Assembly (NCBI GenBank): GCA_964035545.1
Contig: OZ037768.1
Location: 806,001-870,000, forward strand
DNA length: 64,000 nucleotides
Direction of reading: 5' to 3'
Source: Bugula neritina
Lineage: Eukaryota > Animalia > Bryozoa
This document shows positions 14,730-28,500 of the stretch, in pieces. How positions within the stretch are numbered: position 1 is the stretch's first letter; each line of letters starts with the position of its first letter. The notes beneath the pieces are model-generated. The model saw only the letters and a list, made by a program, of their open reading frames with translations, was not told the DNA's origin and did not search any database. The translations under genes and the position numbers were made by a program.

Positions 14730-17700
14730 ATGGAGTGTGCTCATTTGGCTATTGCTGTTAAAGTCTCACAACCAACTGGCTTGAAAAGTTCCCGCAGATC
14801 ACGGAATTTGCCTTCTACTGTATCCGAGGGTTTCAAAGAAAACAGCAACTCTTTCAGAAAGTTAAAGTGTCAAGTAAAAGGTAGGTGCAAAATCCTAAAT
14901 AAATCATTATGATAATCGTTTGATGATACTTTTCCTTTTAGAATCACGTTGATCAAGTTTGGCTTCATTAAAGATATTTTAATATTAGGAAATACAAGTT
15001 ACAAGTGTTTTATGAAGTAGATTTTGCATCCAGTGTTTCTATACTGTTGTTCACATTTGGTACGAAATGTTTCTATACTGTTGTTCACATTTGGTACGAA
15101 ATGTTTCTATACTGTTGTTCACATTTGTTACGAAATGTTTCTATACTGTTGTGCTCACAGGCTGTGAAGAGAGCACCTCTCTTTGGTGCTGCTGTTTGTG
15201 TGGCGAGATTTACTGCGGGCGTTATGCTAAGGCCCATATGAAGAGTCACTATGAAGAGAACGAGGATCACAGTGTATGCCTGGATATCTCAACATACGCT
15301 GTATATTGGTCAGTCTAAGACTCACTCAGATAGCACAGTCTCCTGCTAGGCTAAGTCTGCATATGTAATACGAATATAATACTCGTCTGTAGCGGGTTTT
15401 GTAAAAAAATGTGCCTATTTGCTTATGAATAGGTAACGTTTAAACTGCTCAGCCAATCATAGCTGTTTAAGAACTGTCTGCTTATTCAGACATTTTGAAC
15501 ATTCAAAACATTTCACAGATTTCCTAAAAGCATGACAATGTGAAGCTTCATAATTCGGTTAACACTGTAGAAATACTCCGAACTGTTGATTTACATGTCA
15601 TTACTGAATATTTCTTCAACTTCTATACCCTCTGATTAGTGGCATTACGTCATCTAATTGTAGCCTCTCTCTCTTATCAGTTCATCTGATAGAGAATAAC
15701 ATTGCTGTAATACTTGAGGCTCTGTACTCCCTAAGTTCGTGTCTCAATGTTAGGGAGTTGCTTGCTCAATCCGGGGTCTATTTTCAGTTACAAGTGTGAT
15801 GAGTACGTAGTCAACGACTCTGATGCCGGCAGCATACAAAATCTTAGAAACTTCTTCCAGCAACTAGATCCAAAGTGAGTGCCTTCCGCTCTCCTAGACT
15901 TATAATCAAATGTACCTCTTGTTTTAATGACTAATGTTATATTTTATTTTAATTGTAACAGCTTTTTAAATTATTGCATTTTAATGGTGTTTAGCCATTA
16001 CTATAAATGAGTTGGTCACCGACTCCATGTTTGGAAAAAACTGGTTTTTGGAGCTGTGCCAAGTCTGTCTGTCTGTCTGTATGATGAGTCATTCATCTCT
16101 AACTCATGACTCATAAAATACCAAAGTCACACTTAGACTTTGTTCCATGAATATCTGTGCAAAGTAGGGGGGTGTAAGGTCCTGTTCATCTTTTGTTGAT
16201 CTGCTTCCTTGATTTTAGCTATCATCTAATAGACATAGAAAATGATAAGGACCACTCACGAAAAAGATCTGGCAACTTTGGTCGTAGTCAAAACTATAAG
16301 AAGCGTAAACCCATCCACCCTAAAACTGTAGGACTTAGGAACCTTGGCAATACATGCTTTATGAATGCCGTACTACAATCACTCAAGTAAGTGTGCATTA
16401 TTGTTTATTAGTTTCAGCTGAAAGTCTACGCGGTGCTTCCTGACTGTGCTTCATGACGTGAATTATGATTGATCACGTCTGCGCTAGTTATTAAATATAT
16501 CATCTTTATCTCATTATGTTAATATTATGAGCTTTAACTTCACATCTTCATATTTCATCTAGTGGGTAGTTTCATCAAACTACTTTATACTTGAAATAAT
16601 ACCTCAATTCAAATATCTTTCTCATTATAAACTATTTTGTTATACCCAACTTGTGGAGTGTAAACTAGATGTTTTGAAAGAATTTTCTATTTATGAGGTT
16701 TAATTGAATCTTAACATTGTTTTCTATGTATTTACTTTCACTATAGTTATGTAGTATAGATTATGTCTTTCCTTGTAGCAATATACCAGAGTTTTCCAAA
16801 TACATACAGAAGTTACCCTCTCTTGACAAAATGCAGGTAAAAAAGCCGACTCCCAAAACGCACACAGCTAGCACTTCAGAAGAAAGCAAATTCAAGTCTG
16901 TAGGACTAAACACTAGATCTAATCCTGAAGATGTGGACAGTGTGTGAGTTTTAGTGTAGTCTGCCTTGTAGTTGTGTTATCTTACACTGTTAGTAGTTGT
17001 CTACACTATGTCATAGTTTAGAGTTGTCTCCACATAATATTTTACAAACTAAGGTTTTACTTTTTCCTGTCTAGACTATTAGTAGAAGAATTTAGAAAAA
17101 CGTTGGTTGAGTTACGAAGAAGCAAGACAGCGCTGTCACCGGCATCGCTTTTTGCTGTCATCTGGAAGGTGGTGCCGAACTTCAGGTAGAAAATTGTTGA
17201 ACACTATTATCTACTTGTCAACATATTAGAGATATACTATATTATTGTGTTGTAGATATATAATGTTATGTACATATATTCGTATATATTGTGTTGTAGA
17301 TATATAATGTTATATACATATACCCGTATATACAGTGTTGTAGATGTATAATGTTATATACTGGTTTAGTGGCGATGTGTTAATTTCAGAGGTTACCAGC
17401 AGCAAGACGCCCACGAGTTCATGCGTTACCTACTCGACAGACTACACCAAGAGCTTCTCACTCTACTTCCTGCCGGATCTTTCACGTTACCTCGTAACTC
17501 TCTCACGGGAGTCAAAAACTCAGTGGTTACCGCCATCTTCGGTGGCGTGCTGCAGAGTGAAGTGCACTGCCTGGAGTGTGGCATGAACAGCGTCAAACAC
17601 GACCCCTTCCTTGACCTTTCTCTTGATATACCAGTTGTGAAACCTAAACCTACCTCAACACACGACGGAGATACTATCCCACAAGTTATACCTTGTACCA

Positions 17701-19130
17701 TAGCAGGTGAGACCTCGTACCATAGCAGGTGAGACCTCGTACTATAGCAGGTGAGACCTTGTACCATAGCAGGTGAGACCTCGTACCATAGCAGGTGGTA
17801 CACTGTACTATAGCAGGTGATACACTGTACTATAGCAGGTGAGACCTCGTACTATAGCAGGTGGTACACTGTACTATAGCAGGTGATACACTGTACTATA
17901 GCAGGTGGTACACTGTATTATAGCAGGTGGTACACTGTATTATAGCAGGTGGTACACTGTATTATAGCAGGTGGTACATTGTGTTATCTGGTTCTAGATT
18001 GTCTACGGAGTTTCACCGACACAGAGGAGCTCGCCGACTCTGAAAGATACACCTGCGGCAGCTGTAAAAAGAGGCAGCGATCAACTAAAAAGTTCTGGAT
18101 AAAAAAGCTGCCCAATGTATGTACTTGTACACCTGTATACTCTCTACCTGTATACTCTCTACCTGTATACTATCTACCTGTATACTATCTACCTGTATAC
18201 TCTCTACCTGTATACTATCTACCTGTATACTCTCTACCTGTGTACACTCTCTACCTGTATCTACCTGTATACTATCTACCTGTATACTATCTACCTGTAT
18301 ACTCTCTACCTGTATACTATCTACCTGTATACTCTCTACCTGTGTACACTCTCTACCTGTATACTATCTACCTGTATACTCTCTACCTGTGCACACTCTC
18401 TACCTGTATCTACCTGTATACTATCTACCTGTATACTCTACCTGTATAGTCTACCTGTATACCTGCAGGTGCTCTGTCTTCACCTCAAAAGGTTCCGCTG
18501 GAGCTCATTTATCAGAACAAAGATTGAGACGTACGTAGAGTTTCCAACTACAGACCTGGACATGAGTGCCTACCAACTCAACAATGTGGTGCGTATTATG
18601 GTCATGTGTTGCTCTTACGTTGGTAGAAGGCATTACAGAAGTCATGGTTAGCATATGCTACAGGCTTTGTTAGGTCATTTTTAAGGTCAGCATAATGGAA
18701 TGACTGACTAGGAGTTGTTCCCCCAGCCTGACTCTAGATTGTTGGTATTACACGCCTGTCAACATATTAGCAATGTTGAGTGGCATTGTCTGTGTTACAG
18801 AGACGGACTAGAGACAATACAGGAAGTACTGAGTATGACCTTGCTGCTGTCGTCGTCCATCATGGGTCGGGGTAAGTGACAAAGTGTTATGCTTTATCCC
18901 TAAATAACTGTAAGTCTAACAAAATATGTACTGTGAAAGTATCATGTGACTAAGATGTGTCATGTGACATTAATTGCAGGGCTGGGTCTGGACACTACAC
19001 ATCGTACGCTATACACGACAATGTCTGGTACCATTTCAATGACAGCACAGTTTCCGTGTGCCCGGAAGAGACGGTGGCAAAGAGCAAAGCATACATACTC
19101 TTCTACGTACGAAGAGAGTTAAAGCTCTAG
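14730..19130 (+). CDS. USP3: Ubiquitin carboxyl-terminal hydrolase 3-like (zf-UBP + USP catalytic domain)
   Basis: Exons 14730-14880, 15161-15308, 15788-15874, 16219-16386, 16779-16943, 17075-17185, 17390-17706, 17998-18116, 18469-18588, 18801-18871, 18980-19130. Motifs: MECAHL start, [16 protein letters not shown]...[83 protein letters not shown]. Confidence 0.93.
15034..15160. repeat. 34-nt tandem repeat (gtttctatactgttgttcacatttggtacgaaat, ~3.5x) running into the USP3 acceptor at 15160
   Basis: Direct reading. Confidence 0.9.
17242..17365. repeat. ~45-nt degenerate repeat (~3x) in a USP3 intron
   Basis: gtgttgtagat.tataatgttat recurs three times. Confidence 0.75.
17694..17980 (+). repeat. 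22-nt minisatellite containing the USP3 donor (gtaccatagcag|gtgagacctc), 13 copies including the real donor
   Basis: tagcag|gtg recurs every 22 nt from 17706 to 17970. Confidence 0.95.
18128..18468. repeat. 15-nt minisatellite (tatctacctgtatac) filling USP3 intron 18117-18468 up to the acceptor acctgcag
   Basis: Direct reading. Confidence 0.95.
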
Positions 19131-19544
19131 CACTGCTGTATACTCTGTACATATCATTTTCTATATATTTTAGTATCTTTACTTTCTCAATATGCTAGCA
19201 GTACTTTTGTGATACCTCATATGGAGGCTTTTCTCCTGCACTCACAACTAGCCACTTGTTTTAGTAGCTTTTTCACTTACAGCAGCTGTTGAAGGTTGAA
19301 ATAAATAGACCATGTGTAGAAAACCAAAGCCTGTCTGTATTGAAACTTAAATAGAACTAAAAATACGAGTCATATGGTGGCAGTAGCGTATGTATGCTAT
19401 ATAACTTTCTGAATAACTTAAATTTATACACGTATAATCAGCAACGACCCATTCACCGATAGCACACTGGCATTATAAAGGTAATAATTTTACTAAAGTA
19501 ATAAAAATAATAGATATGCTGTGAGACTTTTGAAGAATGGAGCG

Positions 19545-19681
19545 CAGTAGAACCCGTGGCTACAGTATACTAGTTCATACATGCTGTACAAGTAGAACCG
19601 GTGGCTACAGTATACTAGTTCATACATGCTGTACAAGTAGAACCTGTGGCTACAGTATACTAGTTCATACATGCTGTACAA
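19545..19681. repeat. 46-nt tandem repeat (3x) in the Homer 3' UTR region
   Basis: agtagaacc.gtggctacagtatactagttcatacatgctgtaca occurs three times. Confidence 0.9.
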
Positions 19682-19756
19682 GGATAGCCTTAAATCATAA
19701 GGAAGTGAGATGAGAATCCAAACGGTGCAACACAGTGGCAGCTTCACTGAGCTTGT

Positions 19757-22700
19757 CTAAGAGTTGAGAAACTTGGCGAGCTGATTCTGCGCGCTGACCA
19801 GCTCCGACACATTTCTACTCAGTCTATCGTGTAGTCCAATCAGCTCAGACTTCTCCGCCGTCTGCGAGTTTCGCAGCTGCTCAAGTTCCCCCGCCATGGC
19901 CGCCATCTTGCTTTCCATCTCTGCTTGATCACGTTGTAAACTCTAGAAGTCAATATTCAACTCGTATAAATTGTCAAGTGAAAGAGAACGCAATGACAGT
20001 AAATATGAAAATCATTTTTCAAAATGACACCCAAAACTCTCAAAGTAAATTCTAAGACGCATTCTATACCATCTTAACATCTACTAATAAATTCATATCA
20101 TTGTCATGACCTTACTTGTATACAGTATATATTACCTGCATACAGTATATATTACCTGTATTACTGTATATATTACTTGTATAGATAGTATATATTATCT
20201 GTATACAGTATATATTACCTGCACATACAGTACATATTATCTGCACATACAGTATATATTACCTGTATACAGTATATATTACCTGCACAGACAGTATATA
20301 TTATCTGCCCAGACAGTATATATTACCTTAATTTGTAATTCTTGTTTTTGGACAGTTTCTTCTAGGCGAGGCACTTGACTTGCCCTAGATCTGGAAGATT
20401 CTAATTCCTGCAACAAAAGTAGCTCCAGTGATAACAAACACAGCCACATTTATCAGACTATGAAAGATAGAATAACTCTTATAATTATATTCATCAGAGT
20501 GTATATATATCACATATACAGGTATATATTACGGATACAGGTATCTATCACAAATGCAGGTAAAGCTGGTACAACTCACCGACTTTAAGTTCCTCTTTTC
20601 CGTCTCTGAGACAGACAACTTGTCTACCATCCCAGCCAACTCGGCTTCAACTGACTGCAGCTGCTGCTGCTGGTTTGGCTGACTTTGCTCGTGTTCTATC
20701 ACCTGCAAGCACCTTTCATAGCAATTATATTTGTGTCAGCAAGCAGCAGTTGGGGGACCATTATAAAATCTATGCCCCTTTCTTTTCTCGTGCAAAAATG
20801 TTTTTTTTTCAAGTCAAATAGCGAAAAGTTAGCAGTAAATCATAACCTTTGGTCTTGTAAACAGCAAATATTGATGCTTTTGTTATCAACAATTTGATGT
20901 TTTTTTAGAAAATAAGTTAGTTTGATGTTAAACACTGGTTTTGATGTAAAAACATGCTGATTGGCTGATTAGTAAATGTTGAGCACAAATCAACAGTTGA
21001 GTTAAAAAGTTGCATAACTGACTGACAGGTGAAGAAGAAATAAATAACAGGATATGTGGAAGCAGATGAAGTGTTTTATTACCTAGTGCTATAAATAGAC
21101 TTGTACTTTTATGAAGTTGTCTAACTGAACTGTATGTGATGGCCATGTTATTAGTAGAACTTTGAATAGTAGTGATAATAATCCAACAGTTCTTGCAAGT
21201 TAGTGAGTAAGGGAGTTAGTGAGTGACTGAGAGAGTAAGGGAGTTAGTAAGTGACTGAGTGAGTAAGGGAGTTAGTGAGTGACTGGGTGAGTAAGGGAGT
21301 TAGTGAGTGACTGGGTGAGTAAGGGAGTTAGTGAGTTAGTGAGTGACTGAGGTACTCACTGGGAGAGGGATATTCAGTAACATGAGTTAAAATGCATCCA
21401 CTACATTACTAGTGGAAAGAATGAACACAGAGTAAAGTTTACTCTGACACACAATAAAATGTTACTTTAATGAGAGCCAAAGTTTCACTATCATAATGCA
21501 TAAGTTGAAAAAAAATCTAGGAAAAGGGTGAATTTTTTCTCCATTTAAAAACAAGACAAACTTGAAACCCTGCAATTTATTTTCCAAGATCATAAAATAT
21601 CGCTTACTTATGATCCACTAAACCACAAGAGTAGTTGTCAACACTCTACACACACTCGGTACATTGTATTGCGCATCTAACACCAGCCTGACCCACCATT
21701 TTCTTGAGAGTTGCGTTCTCCTCCTTGTAGCTAGCCAACTGCCTCTTCCACTCGTCTACATTGACGTTGCTCTCTTGAAGGGCGGTTGTCAGTCTAGCAT
21801 TGTTGTTCTTCAACGTCTGCAGCTCAACTTCCCATTTCTTGGCGTTCTGTGAACTACAGAAACATAACACAATCCATCAAAACCTGAGCTGCATTATTAC
21901 ACAATCTGTCCCTACATATGGAGCTGCATTATTACACAATATGTCCCTACATATGGAGCTGCACAGTCTGTGCTGACATGCAGCTCAGCTGTTCTAAGCT
22001 ATCTTGTGGAGTGTTCTGGCATTTCATAGATCAATCAAAGGGATGGGACAAGCTGTTACATGATAAAAACCCAAATGTTTATCTTTACATAAAATTATAT
22101 ACTATTCAGAGAGAAATGTAAAACAAACAGAGGGCTAGTAAGGAATGTGCTAAGGCTAGAGTATTAAACCTTTGACAGTTGGGTTCAATACCTCCCAATA
22201 GATATGTTGAAAGAGAGTTGTAATATAGACTGTCTACTCAATAGTAGTAATTGAATAATTAGCGTGTTACACTTTGTAAGAAAACATGTCAGCTTACAAT
22301 AGATGCAGTATGTACTGGTCAATTAGCCATACAAAGACAGCTATTGATCTGCTCTACTCAGCTGCTTCCATGTTCCCCAACACAACAAATCACAAGCATA
22401 AACTCTGCGTACATTACAATATTCATAGCTGGCATTAGTTCACATTTCTATACACAGTAATATATACCTTTGAGCTAAGGCTACCTTTAGCCTGTTATTC
22501 TCGTATTTTAGTTGTTCTGTACTATCAGGAAGGGCACCCGGACCACCCGGCCTTCGGTCTATCATAGGTGTCATGTACTCAGACTACAGTATATAAACAC
22601 TCAGACTACAGCTATATACACACTCAGATTACAGCTATATACACACTCAGACTACAGTATATACACACTCAGACTACAGCTATATAAATACTCAGACTAC

Positions 22701-25579
22701 AGCTTACATAAACAGATGAAAGAGCTCCCAACACACAACATAATAACATAACATGATCCATCAGTGACTGAGTGCTCTTCACTCATCTTCTAAACCACTC
22801 AGTGCTGCTAATTTAATTACTGTGCAACTCGGTGGCAGCATCTCAATGGCAGCAGACAAACAGACAGACACTTTACTAACAGCACAGCTGTCTTAATATC
22901 CTATCTTCAGTATACCCAACTCCCAGTATACTCTACTCTCAGTATACTCTACTCTCAGTATACTCTACTCTCAGTATACTCTACCCTCAGTATACTCTAC
23001 CCTACTCTCAGTATACTCTACTCTCAGTACACTCTACTCTCAGTATACTCTACTCTACTCTCAGTATACTCTACTCTACTCTCAGTATACTCTACCCTCA
23101 GTATACCCTACCCTCAGTATACTATACTCTCAGTATACTCTACTCTCAGTATACTCTACTCTCAGTATACTCTACCCTCAGTATACTCTACTCTCAGTAT
23201 ACTCTACTCTCAGTATACTCTACTCTCAGTATACTCTACTCTCAGTATACTCTACTCTCAGTATACTCTACTCTCAGTATACTCTACTCTCAGTATACTC
23301 TACTCTCAGTACACTCTACTCTCACTTGTCAGAAAGAGCAGCAGAGTAAATACTACGTACATTTTGCACTGCTGCCGCATTTGGCTGCATACTAGGCTTG
23401 GAGTCTGTGGCATCACCACCACCACCGCTGCCGTTTATATGAGAAGGCGGGGCTAATTGCTGCTTTGTTAATTCTCGAACTTCATTAAACTTGTCGTAAA
23501 ACTGCAATATCAAGAGTATATATTAAATTATCAAGAGTTTATATTATATTATCAAGAGTATATATTATATCATCAAGAGTTTATATTATATTATTAAGAG
23601 TATATATTATATTATCAAGAGTTTATATTATATTATCAAGAGTTTATATTATATTATATTATCAAGAGTTTATATTATATTATCAAGAGTTTATATCATA
23701 TTATCAAGAGTTTATATTATATTATCAAGAGTTTATATTATATTATCATGAGTTTATATTATATTATCAAGAGTTTATATTATATTATTAATAGTTTATA
23801 TTATATTATCAAGAGTTTATAATATATTATCGAGAGTTTATATTATATTATCACGAGTTTATATTATATTATCAATAGTTTATATTATATTATCAAGAGT
23901 TTATAATATATTATCGAGAGTTTATATTATATTATCAAGAGTTTATATTATATTATTAATAGTGTATATTATACTCTCACAGGTATATGTATATAACACA
24001 CAACAAGGTGATGTGTCTACCAGTTACAATTAAAACTCCATTAAAACGCTAATTGAGCTTTAATGAACTGCAAATTAGAAAATTATGACTATAATATATT
24101 TAGATGAGAAGAAAATTAAATTATTAAACTAACTAATGATTAAGTTAAGATATTACAAGCGTTTCATGAGCCAACAGTTTAAACAGGTAAAGTGACAACA
24201 GACATTAGCTAGACAGAGCGTAGTCATGAGTTACCTGCAGCTACTGGCCGATAACTTCACACCAAACTAACAAGGTAACCTCAGGCTGTTAAATGATAGC
24301 CTGAGGTTGCTGTTGAATAATAGCCTGAGATTGCTGTTAAATAATAGCCTGAGGTTGCTGTTATATGATAGCCTGAGGTTGCTGTTACATGATAGCCTGA
24401 GGTTGCTGTTACATGATAGCCTGAGGTTGCTGTTACATGATAGCCTGAGGTTGCTGTTACATGATAGCCTGAGGTTGCTGTTACATGATAGCCTGAGGTT
24501 GCTGTTACATGATAGCCTGAGGTTGCTGTTACATAATAGCCTGAGGTTGCTGTTATATGATAGCCTGAAGTTGCTGTTACATGATAGCCTGAGGTTGCTG
24601 TTACATGATAGCCTGAGGTTGCTGTTAAATGGCAGCCTGAGGTTGCTGTTACATGGCAGCCTGAGGTTGCTGTTACATGACGGGTGGTACATTACTCACC
24701 TTGTTCAAATCCATTTCTGTAGCAAATCCCAAACCATACACAGTGTTGGCTCTGGCGTCAGACCACTGGCCAAATTTCTGAGAGGTCTTTGTGAATGTCA
24801 TGTTCTGTACAAGTGTGCTGTTGATGATGGCCTGCAACATGAGATACTAACATATATAGAGAGTATATAGACAGAGAGTATATTACAGAGAGTATATAAC
24901 AGACAGAGTATATAACAGAGAGAGTATATAACAGAGAGAGTATATAACAAAGAGTACATAACAGAGAGTATATAACAGAGAGAGAGTATATAACAGAGTG
25001 AGTATATTACAGAGAGTATATAACAGAGAGAGTATATATAACAGAGAGTATATAACAGAGAGTACATAACAGAGAGTATATAACAGAGAGAGAGTATATA
25101 ACAGAGAGTATATAACAGAGAGTATATAACAGAGAGTTACTAACAGAGAGAGTATATAACAGAGAGTTACTAACAGAGAGTATATAAGAGAGAGAGTATA
25201 TAACAGAGAGCTACTAACCTTGGATCCATCAACGCTGATAATTCTGTAGGTACTTCTGTTACTGTCGTAATAGAAGGAGACGTTCACGGAACCCTGACTG
25301 GAAGGTAGCCAGTTCTTCTTTGTAGCAGGGTCTATGTGAAACACGTGAGCTTTTGTTGTGAATATCGGCTGCTCTCTGATATACAGAAATAAAATAGCCA
25401 GACCAATAGCTTGGATGCAATGCAATAGTAAAATAAAGTATTACAACATATGAATCATCATTAAATGCAATGCAAAAGTGACTTTTAGTAACTTAGTACC
25501 ATATACTTCTGGCAAAGTGTGGCATAAGGTTACAAAAGAACCACCAAATAAACTAGGAATTGTGATAAACTTACCCCAT
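19757..25579 (-). CDS. HOMER: Homer scaffolding protein (EVH1 domain + coiled coil)
   Basis: Exons 25579-25575 (ATGGG), 25375-25219, 24831-24700, 23501-23361, 22583-22468, 21853-21697, 20702-20580, 20407-20327, 19942-19757, all phase-compatible. [24 protein letters not shown]...[25 protein letters not shown]...[41 protein letters not shown]. Confidence 0.96.
20115..20328 (-). repeat. 20-nt minisatellite containing a Homer donor (tatacag|gtaatatatactg, ~10x)
   Basis: The real donor AAG|GTAATATATACTG at 20327/20326 is the first copy on the minus strand. Confidence 0.9.
21198..21352. repeat. ~29-nt minisatellite (gagtaagggagttagtgagtgactg..., ~5x) in a Homer intron
   Basis: Direct reading. Confidence 0.88.
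22576..22703 (-). repeat. ~22-24-nt minisatellite containing a Homer acceptor plus the first 7 exon bases (ctgtag|tctgagt, ~6x)
   Basis: Real acceptor at 22584/22583. Upstream copies repeat tgtagtctgagt. Confidence 0.9.
22920..23323. repeat. 16-nt minisatellite (ctctactctcagtata, ~24x)
   Basis: Direct reading. On the minus strand it begins at a GTGAGA motif ~35 nt past the exon donor. Confidence 0.95.
23508..23972. repeat. 21-nt minisatellite (ttatcaagagtttatattata, ~22x) abutting the Homer acceptor at 23502
   Basis: Direct reading. Confidence 0.95.
24277..24681. repeat. 24-nt minisatellite (gatagcctgaggttgctgttacat, ~17x) starting ~20 nt after a Homer donor
   Basis: Direct reading. Confidence 0.95.
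24850..25211. repeat. ~16-20-nt (tataacagagag[ag]ta)n array filling Homer intron 24832-25218
   Basis: Direct reading. Confidence 0.93.
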
Positions 25580-28500
25580 TACTACAACTTCATTGAGCGA
25601 ATATGCTAGTCCAAGTAAATAGTGTCAATATTCATACGATGAATTGTATTTTTCTGAAGAGCAAGAAACACTACAAAGAAAACACAATTCCAGTATCACA
25701 AACAATAAATATTAACTGAGCTATCTTCTAATGATATGATACGATAATCATTTCTGTTTCGAATCTACTTTGAGTTTTATTTTTAGGTTGAAATTAAAGC
25801 ATATTGTCTATTGATATCCACTTACATTTATAGTTATTGTCTTACAGTTATGTTATATTTATAGTTATAGCATTAAATATTGATATTCGAACCCACTCAC
25901 ACTGAGGCCACCAGATGAGTGACTGTGATACTGATATACTGATTCATGTTGCTCAAACAGTAACATGGACACTGGGACAGTTGTTTTCAATGTTTACTAA
26001 AATTTGAAGTAAAAGTCAGACTCAAGGCTAAAGTGAAAGTGGATTCAATCACCATAAGCATATGAATATATAATTAAAACTAAAAGAAAAACTAAGACGA
26101 AATCAAGTGAAAGTGAAAATCAAAAATGAAAATGCTGCAATCAAAGGTTATACTCATTGTTAACAGTTATTGTTAAACCTAAACTGAAACTAAAACACTT
26201 GAACTTCAAGTTTAAGCTAATACTAATAGTAATAGTAATATTTATATTAATAATAATATTAAATTTAATTATCAATATTATTAATATTATATCTATTATT
26301 CGTAATGATAATCATAATGTAAACACCATAGGTTCAGTATTTAATAGGTTATAGCTAACGTATATGCAACAACTCTAAAAATCTAATGAAAATAAGCTGT
26401 CGCAAAAAAAACATAATTCTTAAATCAGTAAGTTGTTAACTACAGTCGTTTCTAAGCTTAACTTTTTCTAGTTTCGGCATAAATTAAAACTGGCTAGCAG
26501 CCGCAGGACGTCACGCATAATCCGGATGTTATTTTTATTTTTGAGAATTCTGGGAAAATTGTTTTGTTATAGCCTGTTTTCTCAACTTATTTATTTATAT
26601 AATCTAATATTTACTAAATACCATAGTTATTGTAAATTAAAGGCATTTATTTTACCGCACAGGCTCAACTTTGTTCTTGACTAAAGTAAAGCACTTTCTG
26701 CAGCATAACATTTCATAAAGCTTTGCAAGAAGCAACAGTGACATTCATAAGGATATTAATAGTCATATACTTGTACAGTTATAGTCAACTACAGCTGCTT
26801 CATTTTAGTTTTCATCTAAAGCAAAATCAATGTAACGAGTGCTTTTTTTACTCAGTAGCTCTCTGTATCATGAGTAAATATAAAAAGAACATGAGGTTGA
26901 ACACCATTACCATCACTTCAAGTTCAGCTTCAAGGGATCACCATAAAAATCATTATTGTTAATATCATCAATGATCATATCAACACTAACATGGTCCATC
27001 AATGATTAAAATGAACTTGAAACTAGACTCTAAGTATAAGTTTCGCTTAAGTCTAGGTTAAAGGGAACATTCAATTTAAATTTTATTTTAAATTGAAAGT
27101 TGAATTAAACTTTATTTCATCATAATATAAATATTATTATTAAATTTAATCATATTGAATTTATTCAATTTCATTGTGATTGTCAATTGCTTAATTTTCT
27201 ATTTATAATTTTCATTATTAATTTAGACTTCAGCCTTAGGATTATTATATTTTTATCTTATCTATAAGTATAAGTATTGGTAATGTCTAATGTTGATAGT
27301 ATCAGTATCAGTATGACCATCACCATAACTTATGAGTATAAGTATTACTATAAGTATTACTAACATTAATAATACTTTTATAAGACTATCACTATGTAAT
27401 ATTAATAACTCTAAGTAGTTATACCTATTAATTATTATATTATAATTACAAAAACGGAAGTAAAATTAAAATTGATTTTTATAAAACTGATAGTGACTGT
27501 GATTAGATGTACTCAGATGATCATAATGTACTTGTAGTTGTACATTGTCATTGTGATATTTATTGTACATGTCCTAGCTGTAGCATAGACCGTAGTAATA
27601 ACTTTAAACTATAATTATTCATATGCTATTAAGTATTATAATATCAATTTATGTAATCAATAATGTAAATAATAATATAATTCAGTTTTTATATATTTTT
27701 AATTATTGTTCTCATATTTATGTAAAATTTTACTTAAACCTATCAAGGTAATAGCTAATAAATTGTTAAAATATAATTTTGATAGTTGAACTTTATAAAA
27801 TGAATAAGATTAGTCTTAGAATCCTGATAATTGTAATAACTGTTTATGGTATGAAATGCAAAATTTAAATTTTTGCCCACTTATTGATATTAAGACTACC
27901 TATAATAACAATTATTATAATCATATTAATGTTTGCTAAAGTAAATACTCATGCCATCCGATATTCATTATTTTATCTTCATCATCATGGTCAATTTTGC
28001 TATTTGAATGCTTTAGATTTTTTGGGAAATTAAATAATTAATGCTTTACTTTGGCCTTAGTCTGTGTAGTTGTTTGGTATGATATCCATAAAGTCCGATA
28101 AATTTATTTTACTACTTTTATTTTTGCAACGAGAAATAGATTATTATTTATAGAATATCTTATGCCTTCAACACACTCTAAAATTTTGCTACTGTAAGTT
28201 CAAGTGAATTGACTAAAATTTGTGTTGAATATATATCATTTATAATATCAAACACTACATTTCATTCTATGAAAAAGTAAAAATGTTTCGCAAACACTAT
28301 CATATTTGTAAGTTCAAACGGTAAAATATATTTAATGGTACACACATATATCATGTTAAGTAGAATTAAACAGTACAATGATCTTATTTCTAGACCTCGT
28401 AGTGTTCATATCTTGAAGGCCTTCTGTTACCCAGCAGAGCTAGCAGCTTTGTATGAACACATTTCAGTGACTGATTCTAGAATAGGACCAGTGGCCACTT

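Noticed and set aside
16081-16160. Box C/D snoRNA candidate (ATGATGA) in a USP3 intron
   Set aside because: No suitably placed CTGA box D or terminal stem.
21355-21415. Possible extra Homer exon ending in a GTGAGT donor next to a minisatellite
   Set aside because: The flanking exons already join in phase 0, and no phase-compatible acceptor was found.
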